Positions 1-8,104 of a DNA stretch of 64,000 nt are shown here, piece after piece. Within the stretch, counting starts at the first letter, position 1. Every line of letters begins with the position of its first letter. The translations under genes and the position numbers were made by a program. The notes below the pieces were generated by a model. The model did no database searches. It was not told the origin of the DNA and saw only the letters and a list, made by a program, of their open reading frames with translations. The stretch is taken from the IMG/VR virus record IMGVR_UViG_3300037423_001547, one strand, 5' to 3'. The DNA comes from a virus.

Positions 1-18
1 CCTTCGGCGTAGATGGGG

Positions 19-204
19 TCAGGCGGCGTCGGCCGCCGGCGCCGTTGTCGGCTGGGCCACCGGGATGGGGCCGCCGGGGTTGGTCATGATTCGGCGGAGT
101 TCTTCGACGAGTTCGTCTGTGGGCTCCGGGGCCTGCGCTACGCGGGCGCGGATAGCGGCGACGACGTCGGGGCCGAGGATCGCGAGGCGCTCTTCGCGGG
201 TCAC
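19..204 (-). CDS. hypothetical protein, 61 aa
   Basis: GTG start overlaps the stop of the cro-like gene (GTGA at 201-204), so it is translationally coupled. Strong G/C third-position bias. No recognisable motif. Confidence 0.5.
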   Translation of the reverse strand: MTREERLAILGPDVVAAIRARVAQAPEPTDELVEELRRIMTNPGGPIPVAQPTTAPAADAA

Positions 205-431
205 GCCATGGCCTTGGCGGTCTCGGTGACCTCATCCATCACGTCGCGGATGTCGAAGTCGTACGTTTCCGACAGGCGGATCGCCGTGATCAGGTCAGGT
301 TGTGCGGCGCCTCGAAGGATTCGATAGACGGTGGTCGGGTTGATGCCGGTCCGCTTCTGGATGGCGTGGCCGCTCTTGTCGCCTGCTTCCTCTGCCTTTT
401 CGCGGAGCTTGGTGACGTTCAGCTGGTACAT
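201..431 (-). CDS. Cro-like XRE-family helix-turn-helix regulator, 76 aa
   Basis: ATG at 431 is preceded by GGAAGGAGG. HTH segment GHAIQKRTGINPTTVYRILRG. Divergent from a second HTH gene. The 103-aa ORF-track version carries an unlikely N-extension. Confidence 0.75.
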   Translation of the reverse strand: MYQLNVTKLREKAEEAGDKSGHAIQKRTGINPTTVYRILRGAAQPDLITAIRLSETYDFDIRDVMDEVTETAKAMA

Positions 432-668
432 GGGTGTGCGCCTCCTTCCGCAGGTAGCGGGGGGTTTCTGCCTCACGAGGAAGACTCTGACAGAAGAATG
501 CCTGCCGCGCAAGGCAGGTGTCAGGCAAGGCAGGTGCGAATTTCCAGCCGAATGCTTGTTCGATCCCGGGTGTGACCAGTGTTAATGCAGGTCAGTGGCC
601 GGATGGTGCACCTTCCTCGCGAGGCAGTCCCTAGCTACTGCCTACCTAGGCAGGTACTGTCTAGGGAC
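432..668. promoter_or_regulatory. divergent immunity-switch region with reiterated GGCAGG(T) operator-like elements
   Basis: AAGGCAGGTG at 511-520 and 527-536; TAGGCAGGTA at 647-656; CCTGCC-N6-GGCAGG at 501-518; 16-bp palindrome CTGCCTACCTAGGCAG at 638-653. Confidence 0.55.
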
Positions 669-1130
669 ATGACGGATGCCCCCCAGGGCCGCGTACAGCA
701 GTTCTTCGCGGTCGTCCTCCCCGCCCTCACAGAAGCCGGCTACACCGGCTACGGATCGCAGCAGCGCCTCGCCGACGCCACCGGCATGTCCCCCGGCACG
801 GTGTCCCGGCTCGTCCGCGGCAAGACGATTCCGGACATCCAGTTTTTCCCGGCCCTCGCCGAGGCGATTGGCATGTCCCCACTCAAGCTGCTCGTTCTCG
901 CGGGCGTCTTCCCCGAAGAGACGCTTGAGTCCCACCAGCCACTGTCCGAAACTAACCAGTCACAGGTAGGCTCCGAAGGAATCACTCCGGAGAAGGCTGC
1001 GGACCGGCTCGGCTTCCACGACGACGTCCGGCGCGCAATCTTCGTAGGATTCGTCGAATCCCTCAGAAAAACCGAACCCGAGGGCCCCGGCGAGACCAAG
1101 GACTCCGGAGACGCAGCAGCACAGATGTGA
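669..1130 (+). CDS. CI-like XRE-family HTH repressor candidate, 153 aa, no peptidase domain
   Basis: HTH QQRLADATGMSPGTVSRLVRGKTIP. Divergent to the cro-like gene and adjacent to int. ATG 669 has no SD, so the mRNA may be leaderless. ORF-track start 579 is the alternative. Confidence 0.75.
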   Translation: MTDAPQGRVQQFFAVVLPALTEAGYTGYGSQQRLADATGMSPGTVSRLVRGKTIPDIQFFPALAEAIGMSPLKLLVLAGVFPEETLESHQPLSETNQSQVGSEGITPEKAADRLGFHDDVRRAIFVGFVESLRKTEPEGPGETKDSGDAAAQM

Positions 1131-1137
1131 TGCGGGG

Positions 1138-1698
1138 GTGCGGTGGATGAGTCTCACAGGCAGTACGCGGACCACAACGACGGCAGGCATAGCGCTCCTG
1201 GCCGCCGGCCTGGCTCTCTGCACCAGCGGAGCCATCCGCGACAGCCTCCCCCACGCCCTCGGCGGAACGTGCCTCACCACTGTCGCGCTCACACTGATCG
1301 CACTGACCCTCATCCGGCAATGGGTCAGTGACACGCGGCACGAGCGGAAAGACTTGGCTGCCGCACGCCACGACGCCGAGGCGCAGCAGCGTAAGTTCTT
1401 CGCTCTTCAGGCGGCTAACGAAGGTGAGATGGCCCGTTTCAAACGGGACATGAACATGGAGAAGGCCCGCATCGTCGAGACGCTCAGGGTTGAGCGGGAG
1501 GCGATGCGGGCCCAGTTCGAAGAGGAACGCCTGCAAGTCAGCCAGAACGCGTTCCGGATGGGCGTTGAGATGGAGCGGTCCGGGGCGCTGAGGGCCGTGA
1601 AGCCGGTCCAGCTCGACAATCTCATCCCGTTCCCGGAGCAGGCCTCCCGAGCGTCGGAGCATCAGCGGTCTCGGGAGCACGGAGTGGTCGGTCCCTGA
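1138..1698 (+). CDS. membrane protein, two N-terminal TM helices plus a coiled-coil tail, 186 aa
   Basis: Hydrophobic AGIALLAAGLALC and LTTVALTLIALTLI, then a charged heptad-like region. Starts 7 nt after the repressor stop. Alternative ATG at 1147. The 3' end overlaps int by 77 nt (convergent). Confidence 0.6.
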   Translation: MRWMSLTGSTRTTTTAGIALLAAGLALCTSGAIRDSLPHALGGTCLTTVALTLIALTLIRQWVSDTRHERKDLAAARHDAEAQQRKFFALQAANEGEMARFKRDMNMEKARIVETLRVEREAMRAQFEEERLQVSQNAFRMGVEMERSGALRAVKPVQLDNLIPFPEQASRASEHQRSREHGVVGP

Positions 1699-3262
1699 AC
1701 CCTGGCTCTCCTGCAAACGCCAGCGTGACACGGCCGTCTTCAATTGTCCGGACAGTCGAACTACGCGCCTTCCACAGCCGCACAGTCACCACCTGCCTTA
1801 TGACTTCACGCTTCTGCTCCAGCGACAGCGCCCGCACCGCTGGCCGCCCCTCCTCTTCCGGCGCACCGTTCCACACCACGTCCGGGTCCGGCGCGTTGAT
1901 GAGCGCCAGGAGCACGGGGTCCACACCAGTGATCTCGCGCAGCTTCTTCCGTTCGGCTTCCAGCCTCGGCACGAGCCTCTGCTCCAGCGAGGCCAGCGAG
2001 GCCGCAGAGAGCCTGAACCGCCCCGTCTCCTCGTCGTACTCCTCGGCGGTGCGTCGGGCCTCGGCGAGCTGCTCCTCGAAGGCGTTGATGCGGCGCTGTG
2101 CGGCCGCCATCTCGTCCTCGACAGCACCATCGTCGGGGATCAGAGCGGAGATGGCTTTGGACTTGTCGCGGAACCAGTTGACCACTGCTTCTTCGACGTA
2201 GGCATCGAGCCAGCGTTCCCGGATCGACGTGTCCTTCTTCTCACCGCACTCCAACTTCGGGCCTCTCCCGGCATTGGGGTTCCCCCTCAGCAGCGCGTGG
2301 TCGCCGCAGGGGCCGCACAGGGCAATCAGCGACAGGAGGTGTACGGGCTCAGAGCCGCGCTGCGTGCGCCGAGTTGGGTCCGTCAGCTTGGCCGTGACCC
2401 GGTTGAACATGGCCCGGCCTTCTGGGGTTTCGAGTCCACGGATCGGGGGCCATGTCGCCTTCTTCCAGTCCCCTCCGTTCTTCCGCTCTCCCAAGTACGC
2501 GCGGTTGAGGAGCATCAGCCGGACGTTACGTGTGGTCCACGGGCGGCCGTCCGTGCGGGCCGCTTCCGGTTCGCCGTTCAGCCAGCGGATGAGGGAGGCG
2601 ACGGAGTCCCCGCGATCGATGTGCACGAGCGACTGGTACACGAACGGGCCGGTCGTCTTGTTCTCATACTGGCGGACGCACCTGAGCTGTCCGTTGACGA
2701 CCTCGTAGTCGCGGCTGTAGCCGAACAGGAGCCTGCCGTGCGGGTCGCCGGCCGCGGCCGTGCGCTGGGCGGTGCGCACGTTGCGGTCCCGGATGTCGTC
2801 TGCCTCCCCTTCCGCATTGATGGCGTCCATGGCGGTTGCCCTGCGGTCGTCGCTGCGGCTGAGGTCGTAGACGGTGCCCTTGTAGCAGAGGAGGACGCCG
2901 GCGTGGAGGCAGGCGGCGCGGAGCCTGACGTAGGCCTCAAGGTCGCGGTAGTACCTGCTGGCTTCGTAGGCGACGACGATGCGGGTGATGCCGGGGCGGG
3001 TGGGGGTGGTTTCGATGGCTTCGAGGAGGTCTTCGAAGTCGTCGCGTGCGCGGGTGGCGTGGCGGGATGCTGAGAGGCCGAGGTCTTTGAACTCTTCGAC
3101 GATGCGCCAGCCGTAGTTGTGGCAGATTGCCCGTCCTGCGATGAGCTGGTCTTCGACGCTGTCTCCGCGTTTGTTGGGGTCGCGGGAGGCGCGTCCGTAG
3201 AGCAGTGCTTCGAACTCGGTGTTGGGGAGTACGAGGTGCAGGTATGACGGGTCGTAGGGCAT
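1622..3262 (-). CDS. int: large serine recombinase (phage integrase), 546 aa
   Basis: Resolvase-type catalytic domain with YGRASRD (nucleophile Ser), a recombinase domain, a Cys-containing zinc-ribbon region (CGPCG...LECGE) and a C-terminal coiled-coil. This is the phiC31/Bxb1-type architecture. Confidence 0.95.
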   Translation of the reverse strand: MPYDPSYLHLVLPNTEFEALLYGRASRDPNKRGDSVEDQLIAGRAICHNYGWRIVEEFKDLGLSASRHATRARDDFEDLLEAIETTPTRPGITRIVVAYEASRYYRDLEAYVRLRAACLHAGVLLCYKGTVYDLSRSDDRRATAMDAINAEGEADDIRDRNVRTAQRTAAAGDPHGRLLFGYSRDYEVVNGQLRCVRQYENKTTGPFVYQSLVHIDRGDSVASLIRWLNGEPEAARTDGRPWTTRNVRLMLLNRAYLGERKNGGDWKKATWPPIRGLETPEGRAMFNRVTAKLTDPTRRTQRGSEPVHLLSLIALCGPCGDHALLRGNPNAGRGPKLECGEKKDTSIRERWLDAYVEEAVVNWFRDKSKAISALIPDDGAVEDEMAAAQRRINAFEEQLAEARRTAEEYDEETGRFRLSAASLASLEQRLVPRLEAERKKLREITGVDPVLLALINAPDPDVVWNGAPEEEGRPAVRALSLEQKREVIRQVVTVRLWKARSSTVRTIEDGRVTLAFAGEPGFRDRPLRAPETADAPTLGRPAPGTG

Positions 3263-3350
3263 GCGGTGAAGGTACCGCCCTGTGGGGGATGTTAGCTACA
3301 GATTCGGGGGACAGTGTCGCTTAGGTTCACTGGTGCCGTTTCCTGGTTTG

Positions 3351-3385
3351 CCGGGTCCGCCGCGCGGGGGTGGTGGCGGACCCGG
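3351..3385 (-). terminator. hairpin with 11-bp perfect stem CCGGGTCCGCC/GGCGGACCCGG and 13-nt loop
   Basis: Lies 18 nt downstream of the stop of 3403..3609. No U-tract. Confidence 0.45.
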
Positions 3386-3402
3386 CGAACTGCATGGGGT
3401 GC

Positions 3403-3609
3403 TCAGTCGCCGTTGATTTCCTCGACGAGGTTCAGCATGTCGTCGAGTCGGCCGCGCAGCGTCTCGACGAGGAGGATGAGGCCGGCGGCGTCGAGTTGTG
3501 CGAGGTCTTCGGATCGGGCGTATTCGTAGTCTCTACGCGCGTAGTCGACGCGGGTGCGCTGGAGGTCGGTGAGGGGTCCCGGGGGGTGTGGGGACGGCTC
3601 ATCGGTCAT
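3403..3609 (-). CDS. hypothetical protein, 68 aa
   Basis: ATG at 3609 (MTDEPSPH...). Coding-type G/C3 bias. The ORF-track N-extension runs into AT-rich non-coding DNA. Confidence 0.5.
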   Translation of the reverse strand: MTDEPSPHPPGPLTDLQRTRVDYARRDYEYARSEDLAQLDAAGLILLVETLRGRLDDMLNLVEEINGD

Positions 3610-3735
3610 GGTGTGCCACCTGTTTGACGTGCTCATCAGTGGTTGCTGTAACGGCCAATAGTTGACTGTTGAAGTCATATTTTTCAATGGGGCAAGGATC
3701 ACGTCACTCGAACGGGCGTTTTAATCATTCCGTGA

Positions 3736-4050
3736 TTGCGTTCTGGCCGGAAAGCGCACTCACGATGTACCAGAGATGGTACAGACATTGATCATCGCGG
3801 GCAGCAGCGTGTACCCGTGCCATCCGATCCGCTGCCCGACTGGGTACTCACCCGCCGCCGGGCCATCGGAGATGCCGTCCGCGCAGCCCGCACCGCCAAG
3901 AAGCTCAGCCAGGAGACCTTAGGCGAGCTGACGGGCCTCGACCGCAAAACCGTCAACCGGATCGAGCAAGGCACACACCCCACGACCATCGACCGCCTCC
4001 TCCTCATCGCCGACGCGCTTGACACACCTCTCGCTGACCTCGTCAGGTGA
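3736..4050 (+). CDS. XRE-family HTH protein, up to 104 aa
   Basis: HTH LSQETLGELTGLDRKTVNRIEQG. Start uncertain: TTG 3736 or GTG 3817. Followed by an intrinsic terminator. Confidence 0.7.
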   Translation: MRSGRKAHSRCTRDGTDIDHRGQQRVPVPSDPLPDWVLTRRRAIGDAVRAARTAKKLSQETLGELTGLDRKTVNRIEQGTHPTTIDRLLLIADALDTPLADLVR

Positions 4051-4083
4051 CGGACCGCCTCTCGTTCTACGCGGGAGGGCGGG

Positions 4084-4114
4084 GCGTCCGTCGCGTCGGA
4101 CGCGGACTTTTTTT
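4084..4114 (+). terminator. rho-independent terminator
   Basis: GCGTCCG-TCGCGT-CGGACGC stem-loop followed by GGAC and a run of seven T, which is conspicuous in this GC-rich DNA. Confidence 0.75.
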
Positions 4115-4305
4115 GGCGGGCTCCCGTAGCACGCCTCACCAGCACGTCCGCTGACCCAGCCTGTCGGCCCGTACAGGGTGCGGACATAGACCGGCCCGCT
4201 GCAAGGGATCACGGCGGCGTGTCTACGTCATGTCGCAGGCTCGCCAACAGGAGGCCCCGCCCATCCGCCACGGGGGAGGCAGACGGACGGGGCCAGCCAG
4301 TGGTG

Positions 4306-4758
4306 CTACACGGCCGCCGGGACGGGCACGAGAGCACGAGCCTGCTCCATCAGTCCCGCGTCCTCAACCGCGAACCTGCCGGCCGTCACCCGCAGGTGCC
4401 CGTAGTAGGCGCTGTCGAGGTCGACCGTGCGGGTCATGTCCAGCGACCACGAGGCCTCGGGGACGTCGATCGTCCCGGCCTTACGGACAGTGCGGGAGCC
4501 CGAGCCGGTGCACGCGAGCCAGCATCCGGCGCGCTGCTCATGCTGGCCCTTCCACTCGCCGACGAACCCATGCCGGGCGGCCATCGCGAACAGATCACCC
4601 GGTTCGTGGACGTTACCTTCGACGGGGATGACGCCGAGGACGGCGGTGAGTCCGCCGTCGGTGGTGGTGTAGGCGAGGACGCAGCGGGAGCTGGTTTCCC
4701 AGTCGTGGAGGAACGGGAAGATCGTGACGCGGCCGTGTCCCTTGATGTCTCTCGCCAT
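4306..4758 (-). CDS. hypothetical protein, 150 aa
   Basis: ATG 4758 preceded by GAGAGGA. Coding bias. No motif recognised. Confidence 0.6.
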   Translation of the reverse strand: MARDIKGHGRVTIFPFLHDWETSSRCVLAYTTTDGGLTAVLGVIPVEGNVHEPGDLFAMAARHGFVGEWKGQHEQRAGCWLACTGSGSRTVRKAGTIDVPEASWSLDMTRTVDLDSAYYGHLRVTAGRFAVEDAGLMEQARALVPVPAAV

Positions 4759-4822
4759 CGCGTGGTCCTCTCTTCGGGGTGTCGGCCCCGCCACTGTACG
4801 GGCGGGGACCGACACACTTATC

Positions 4823-5299
4823 TCAGTTGGCGTGCCCGCAGTCCGGAGGGTTGCCCGGAACGCCGTCGTCTCCGCAGGTGTCCTCGCAGTCGACGCGGGT
4901 GTCCTGCCACAGTTCCGGCAGCACCACGTAGCCGGCGCGCTCGATCGCTTCCACGGTCAGTGGCAGCACCGTGGCGGCCGGAGGGTACGCAACCCCCTGG
5001 CTGTCGCACGGGTTGTGATGGACCTTCGGCCAGCCGTGTGAGTCGAAGAACTGGTCGTACTCGCGGGTGTACTCCAGGAAGGCGTGCCAGCCCATGTCGA
5101 CGGCTGGGCTCATGTAGAGCGTCGGGCTTCCCGCTGGCTTCTGCGCGCAGGTGGCCAGGTAGGCGAAGATCTGGTCGGTGACCTGGACCGCCAGTTCCCG
5201 GGCTATGCCGTTCTTGGTCATGACCCGTCGGATGAGCCGCTCGAAGAAGACGGGCTCTGCCAGAGATCGGCCGGTCACGCGTACTGCGGTTGCTGCCAT
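4823..5299 (-). CDS. hypothetical protein, 158 aa, Cys-rich acidic C-terminus
   Basis: ATG 5299 preceded by AAGGAGAGAG. The ORF-track 261-aa version is an unlikely extension. Contains a WHAFLEYTREY segment; family not recognised with confidence. Confidence 0.6.
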   Translation of the reverse strand: MAATAVRVTGRSLAEPVFFERLIRRVMTKNGIARELAVQVTDQIFAYLATCAQKPAGSPTLYMSPAVDMGWHAFLEYTREYDQFFDSHGWPKVHHNPCDSQGVAYPPAATVLPLTVEAIERAGYVVLPELWQDTRVDCEDTCGDDGVPGNPPDCGHAN

Positions 5300-5451
5300 G
5301 CTCTCTCCTTGCGTAGGTGGAGTAGTGCACGTGCGGTGGGGTCTGCCGCCGGGACGGGGTAGCACCGGCGGCAGACCCGCGGCCTCCCACGAGGGGGTCG
5401 GCGAGGCCGCCCGGCACCGTCTTGCCGCGGTGCCGAGTCTGAGAGGGGCTG

Positions 5452-5613
5452 TCAGTGGCCGCGCGGCCGTGTCGGGTACCGCTGATGCGGCACAGCCTGG
5501 CAGCGCTCCTTGTGGACGTACACGGTGTGGCCTGGGCCAGTTGGCGCGATGTGGTCGACCCGCCGGTATTCCTCGTCGGGCAGGATCGGCTGGTCGCAGC
5601 GGGCGCACACCAT
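5452..5613 (-). CDS. small zinc-ribbon-like protein, 53 aa
   Basis: CARC...HKERC pattern. ATGA overlap with the stop of 5613..5951. Confidence 0.5.
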   Translation of the reverse strand: MVCARCDQPILPDEEYRRVDHIAPTGPGHTVYVHKERCQAVPHQRYPTRPRGH

Positions 5614-5951
5614 CAGCGGCGTCCTTCCCGGATGAGGCGGCGCAGCCCGCGCCCGACCTGGCAGTGGTCGGCGTTGTCGACGCACTGTTCGCACAGGGGG
5701 CCGTGGTCGAGGAGCGCCCGGTACGCGGCCGTGCCGGTACAGGAGCGGCAGCCGCGAGGGAACCAGGAAACAGGCTCGCCGACCCGCTTGAACTTGCGTG
5801 GGCCGAGGTCGACCGCCGTGCTGGGGGTGAGGGCGATGCCGTCCCATACGCAGGTGTAGCCGCGTACCTGGTCCTGCGACAGGCTGTTTATCGGCGGCAG
5901 GTCCAGTAGGGCGAGCACCTCCGTCAGGGTGCTCGCGGTCTCGCTCGGCAT
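5613..5951 (-). CDS. hypothetical Cys-rich protein, 112 aa
   Basis: Complete ORF with coding bias. CRSC...CEQC...HC cysteine pattern. Confidence 0.55.
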   Translation of the reverse strand: MPSETASTLTEVLALLDLPPINSLSQDQVRGYTCVWDGIALTPSTAVDLGPRKFKRVGEPVSWFPRGCRSCTGTAAYRALLDHGPLCEQCVDNADHCQVGRGLRRLIREGRR

Positions 5952-6020
5952 GGGTCAGGCCTCCACGGTCACGGTGATCCGTCTCACACCACCGACCGTA
6001 GAAGCCGGGCAACGCCGCAA

Positions 6021-6040
6021 CGCTCACAAATCTGTGAGCG
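6021..6040 (-). terminator. short hairpin CGCTCACA-N4-TGTGAGCG
   Basis: 8-bp stem 10 nt downstream of the stop of the XRE-TPR gene. Confidence 0.35.
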
Positions 6041-6049
6041 CTGTGAGTG

Positions 6050-7234
6050 TTACAGGCCGACCCAGGCCGCCATGTGGTTCAGCGTGTCCGGCGTCCGACG
6101 GGCCACATGTACCAGCCCGCGGATCGTCTCCCGCGCGCCAGGGTGGTAGCGGGTCTGCTCCGGCGCCGCGTGACGGGCATCGACCAGCGACTGCAACGCC
6201 GCCTCCGTGTGCCCAGTCTCCATCTCCGTGCGGGCCCGGTCGATGAAGAAGTGGGCGCGGCGGCTGGTGGCGAGCGACGGCGGCAGCTTGATCCTGCGGG
6301 CCTGCGTCAGTGCGGCGTCGTAGTGACGCATCTCCACGGCCGCCGACATCCGGTGCAACATCACATTGGTCGGGCCGAACGACAGCCAGTGAACGTCGGA
6401 GGCGTCCCCGATCCGCTGCGCGATCTGCCGTGCCTCGGAGATGTGGCTGACGACGGTGCTCGTCTGCCGGGCCCGTGCTGCGATGACGGACGCCCCGAGG
6501 TGCAGCTGTCCCATGACCGCGTGCGCTTCGCGGGTGGGTTCGGCCTGCGCAACGGTTGTGTGCCCGGACGCGATGAGTCGCTGGCCGATGGTGTACTCGC
6601 CCTCCCGGAAGTAGACGAGGGCGCGCATGTACTGGCGGACCGCCCCCAAGCACGGGTCCGAAGCACGCTCGGCAGCCCACGCCATCCGGTCCAGGGCGAC
6701 CGCCGACAGATCGTAGTAGCCGAGCTTCACGCTGATGTCGTGGGCGGTCCGGTACGTCGAAGCCAGCGCCTGCCACAGCTCGGTCGACGGCATTGCCCAA
6801 GCAGTGTGCGTGAGTTCGGCGATCGCGCCGGGCAGTGCGCGGGCGGCGTTGCGGAGGTGGGTGGCGCGCACCTGCTCGCACAGCCGGTCCGCCTCCGTGA
6901 TGAGGACGTCGGCCGGCCGGGCGCGCAGGTCCGGGTTGGCGCCGAGGTCGTACAGGTCGAGGGCCTCGCGGATCGGGCGGACCAGTTCGGCGAGCCGGTC
7001 GCGTTGGAGTTCGGTCACGTAGGGCTGTCCCGTGAGGGTGGTGACGTCGACCTTCAGGGCGTGTGCTACGGCTGCGACGAAGTCGGCTGTGGCGGGGCGG
7101 GCGCCGCACTCCACTTGGTTGAGGAGGCTGTACGAGTAGGGGATGCGGTCGGCGAGTGAGCGTTGGGTGAGCCTGGCCAGTTTGCGTTGTTCGCGGATCC
7201 GCGCGCCGGTGTGGTCGTCGTCCAGTGTGGGCAT
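6050..7234 (-). CDS. XRE-family HTH regulator with a long helical-repeat (TPR-like) C-terminal domain, 394 aa
   Basis: N-terminal GARIREQRKLARLTQRSLADRIPYSYSLLNQVECGAR, then about 320 aa of helical repeat. GGAGA RBS before ATG 7234. Confidence 0.85.
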   Translation of the reverse strand: MPTLDDDHTGARIREQRKLARLTQRSLADRIPYSYSLLNQVECGARPATADFVAAVAHALKVDVTTLTGQPYVTELQRDRLAELVRPIREALDLYDLGANPDLRARPADVLITEADRLCEQVRATHLRNAARALPGAIAELTHTAWAMPSTELWQALASTYRTAHDISVKLGYYDLSAVALDRMAWAAERASDPCLGAVRQYMRALVYFREGEYTIGQRLIASGHTTVAQAEPTREAHAVMGQLHLGASVIAARARQTSTVVSHISEARQIAQRIGDASDVHWLSFGPTNVMLHRMSAAVEMRHYDAALTQARRIKLPPSLATSRRAHFFIDRARTEMETGHTEAALQSLVDARHAAPEQTRYHPGARETIRGLVHVARRTPDTLNHMAAWVGL

Positions 7235-7298
7235 ACTGGTCTCCGTTCTAAGCAGCCACTTGGAACAGTACCCACGCAGGGCCGTGTGGGTGATGCTT

Positions 7299-7329
7299 CC
7301 GCCCCCGACTCCGCCCGGAGCGGGGGCGG
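7299..7329 (+). promoter_or_regulatory. GC hairpin in the flavoprotein 5' region
   Basis: CCGCCCCCGACTCCG-CC-CGGAGCGGGGGCGG (one bulge), ending 22 nt before ATG 7352. Confidence 0.4.
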
Positions 7330-7351
7330 TTGCATGTGATCAGATACCGGC

Positions 7352-7900
7352 ATGACCTCTCGTGTGCTGTACCTGTTCGGCTCGGCGGCTCCTCCGGTCT
7401 TCGACATCGCGGCCGTGATCCGGGATGCGCAAGCGCGTGGGTTCGACGTGTGCCTCGGCCTCACTCCCACCGCGAACCGGTGGCTCAGCGAGCAGCTCCC
7501 CGACCTGGAGGAGCTGACCGGGCGCCCAGTCCGGTCCGAGTACAAGCTGCCCGGCGAGCCCGACGTGTGGCCCAAGGCCGACGTCATCGCCGTCGCGCCG
7601 GCGACCTTCAACACGGTCAACGCGTGGGCGCTCGGCATCACCCGGGACTTCGTTGTCGGTGTCGTCGCCGAGGGCATCGGCAAGGGGATCCCGATCGTGA
7701 CCATGCCCTGTGTGAACGCGGCCTACGTGCAGCACCGGCAGTTCGAGCGGAGCGTCGGCGAGCTACGGGAGATGGGGGTGCAGGTGCTGTACGGGGAGGG
7801 CGGGTTCGTGCCGAACCTGCCGGGCCAGGGAAAGCCGAAGGAGTATCCGTGGCACCTGGTGCTCGACACGGCAGAGCGGATTGCGGCGTCAACCCCGTAG
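7352..7900 (+). CDS. flavoprotein of the HFCD / phosphopantothenoylcysteine-decarboxylase-like family, 182 aa
   Basis: Rossmann-like start VLYLFGSAAP and the family clamp motif VAPATFNTVNAWALGI (PASANT-type). Size typical of EpiD/CoaC-type proteins. Confidence 0.8.
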   Translation: MTSRVLYLFGSAAPPVFDIAAVIRDAQARGFDVCLGLTPTANRWLSEQLPDLEELTGRPVRSEYKLPGEPDVWPKADVIAVAPATFNTVNAWALGITRDFVVGVVAEGIGKGIPIVTMPCVNAAYVQHRQFERSVGELREMGVQVLYGEGGFVPNLPGQGKPKEYPWHLVLDTAERIAASTP

Positions 7901-7909
7901 GCTTGGATC

Positions 7910-8092
7910 ATGTCCCCCGACCCTGCCGTCTCTGGCACCGTGCGGTCGTCTGTCGTCCTCAACGCGCAGATACGGGCCCTGTGGCAGCGTGGCGGCGGCC
8001 AGTTGGGGACAGCCGAGCTGCGGGCGGAGTACGAGCGGCTTGTCGTCGAATGGGCGGCAGCAGTACGGCGCGAGACGGCTGAGGCGGTGTGA
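7910..8092 (+). CDS. hypothetical protein, 60 aa
   Basis: Starts 10 nt after the flavoprotein stop. Coding bias only. Confidence 0.4.
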   Translation: MSPDPAVSGTVRSSVVLNAQIRALWQRGGGQLGTAELRAEYERLVVEWAAAVRRETAEAV

Positions 8093-8104
8093 CGAAGCCC
8101 CGCC

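Noticed and set aside
3295-3309. CTACAGATTCGGGGG near int, and GAATCAAAGTACC at 49627-49639, which resemble the late motif CTACGATTCAAAGG.
   Set aside because: Each needs an indel or several mismatches. Neither has the conserved 22-24 nt spacing to an RBS-preceded start codon.
4115-4305. A search for tRNA genes in this and other non-coding gaps (3263-3402, 3610-3735, 45593-45953, 50440-50638).
   Set aside because: No GTTCGAATC-type T-arm or cloverleaf-compatible segments were seen by eye. A tRNAscan-SE run would be decisive, but nothing supports a call.
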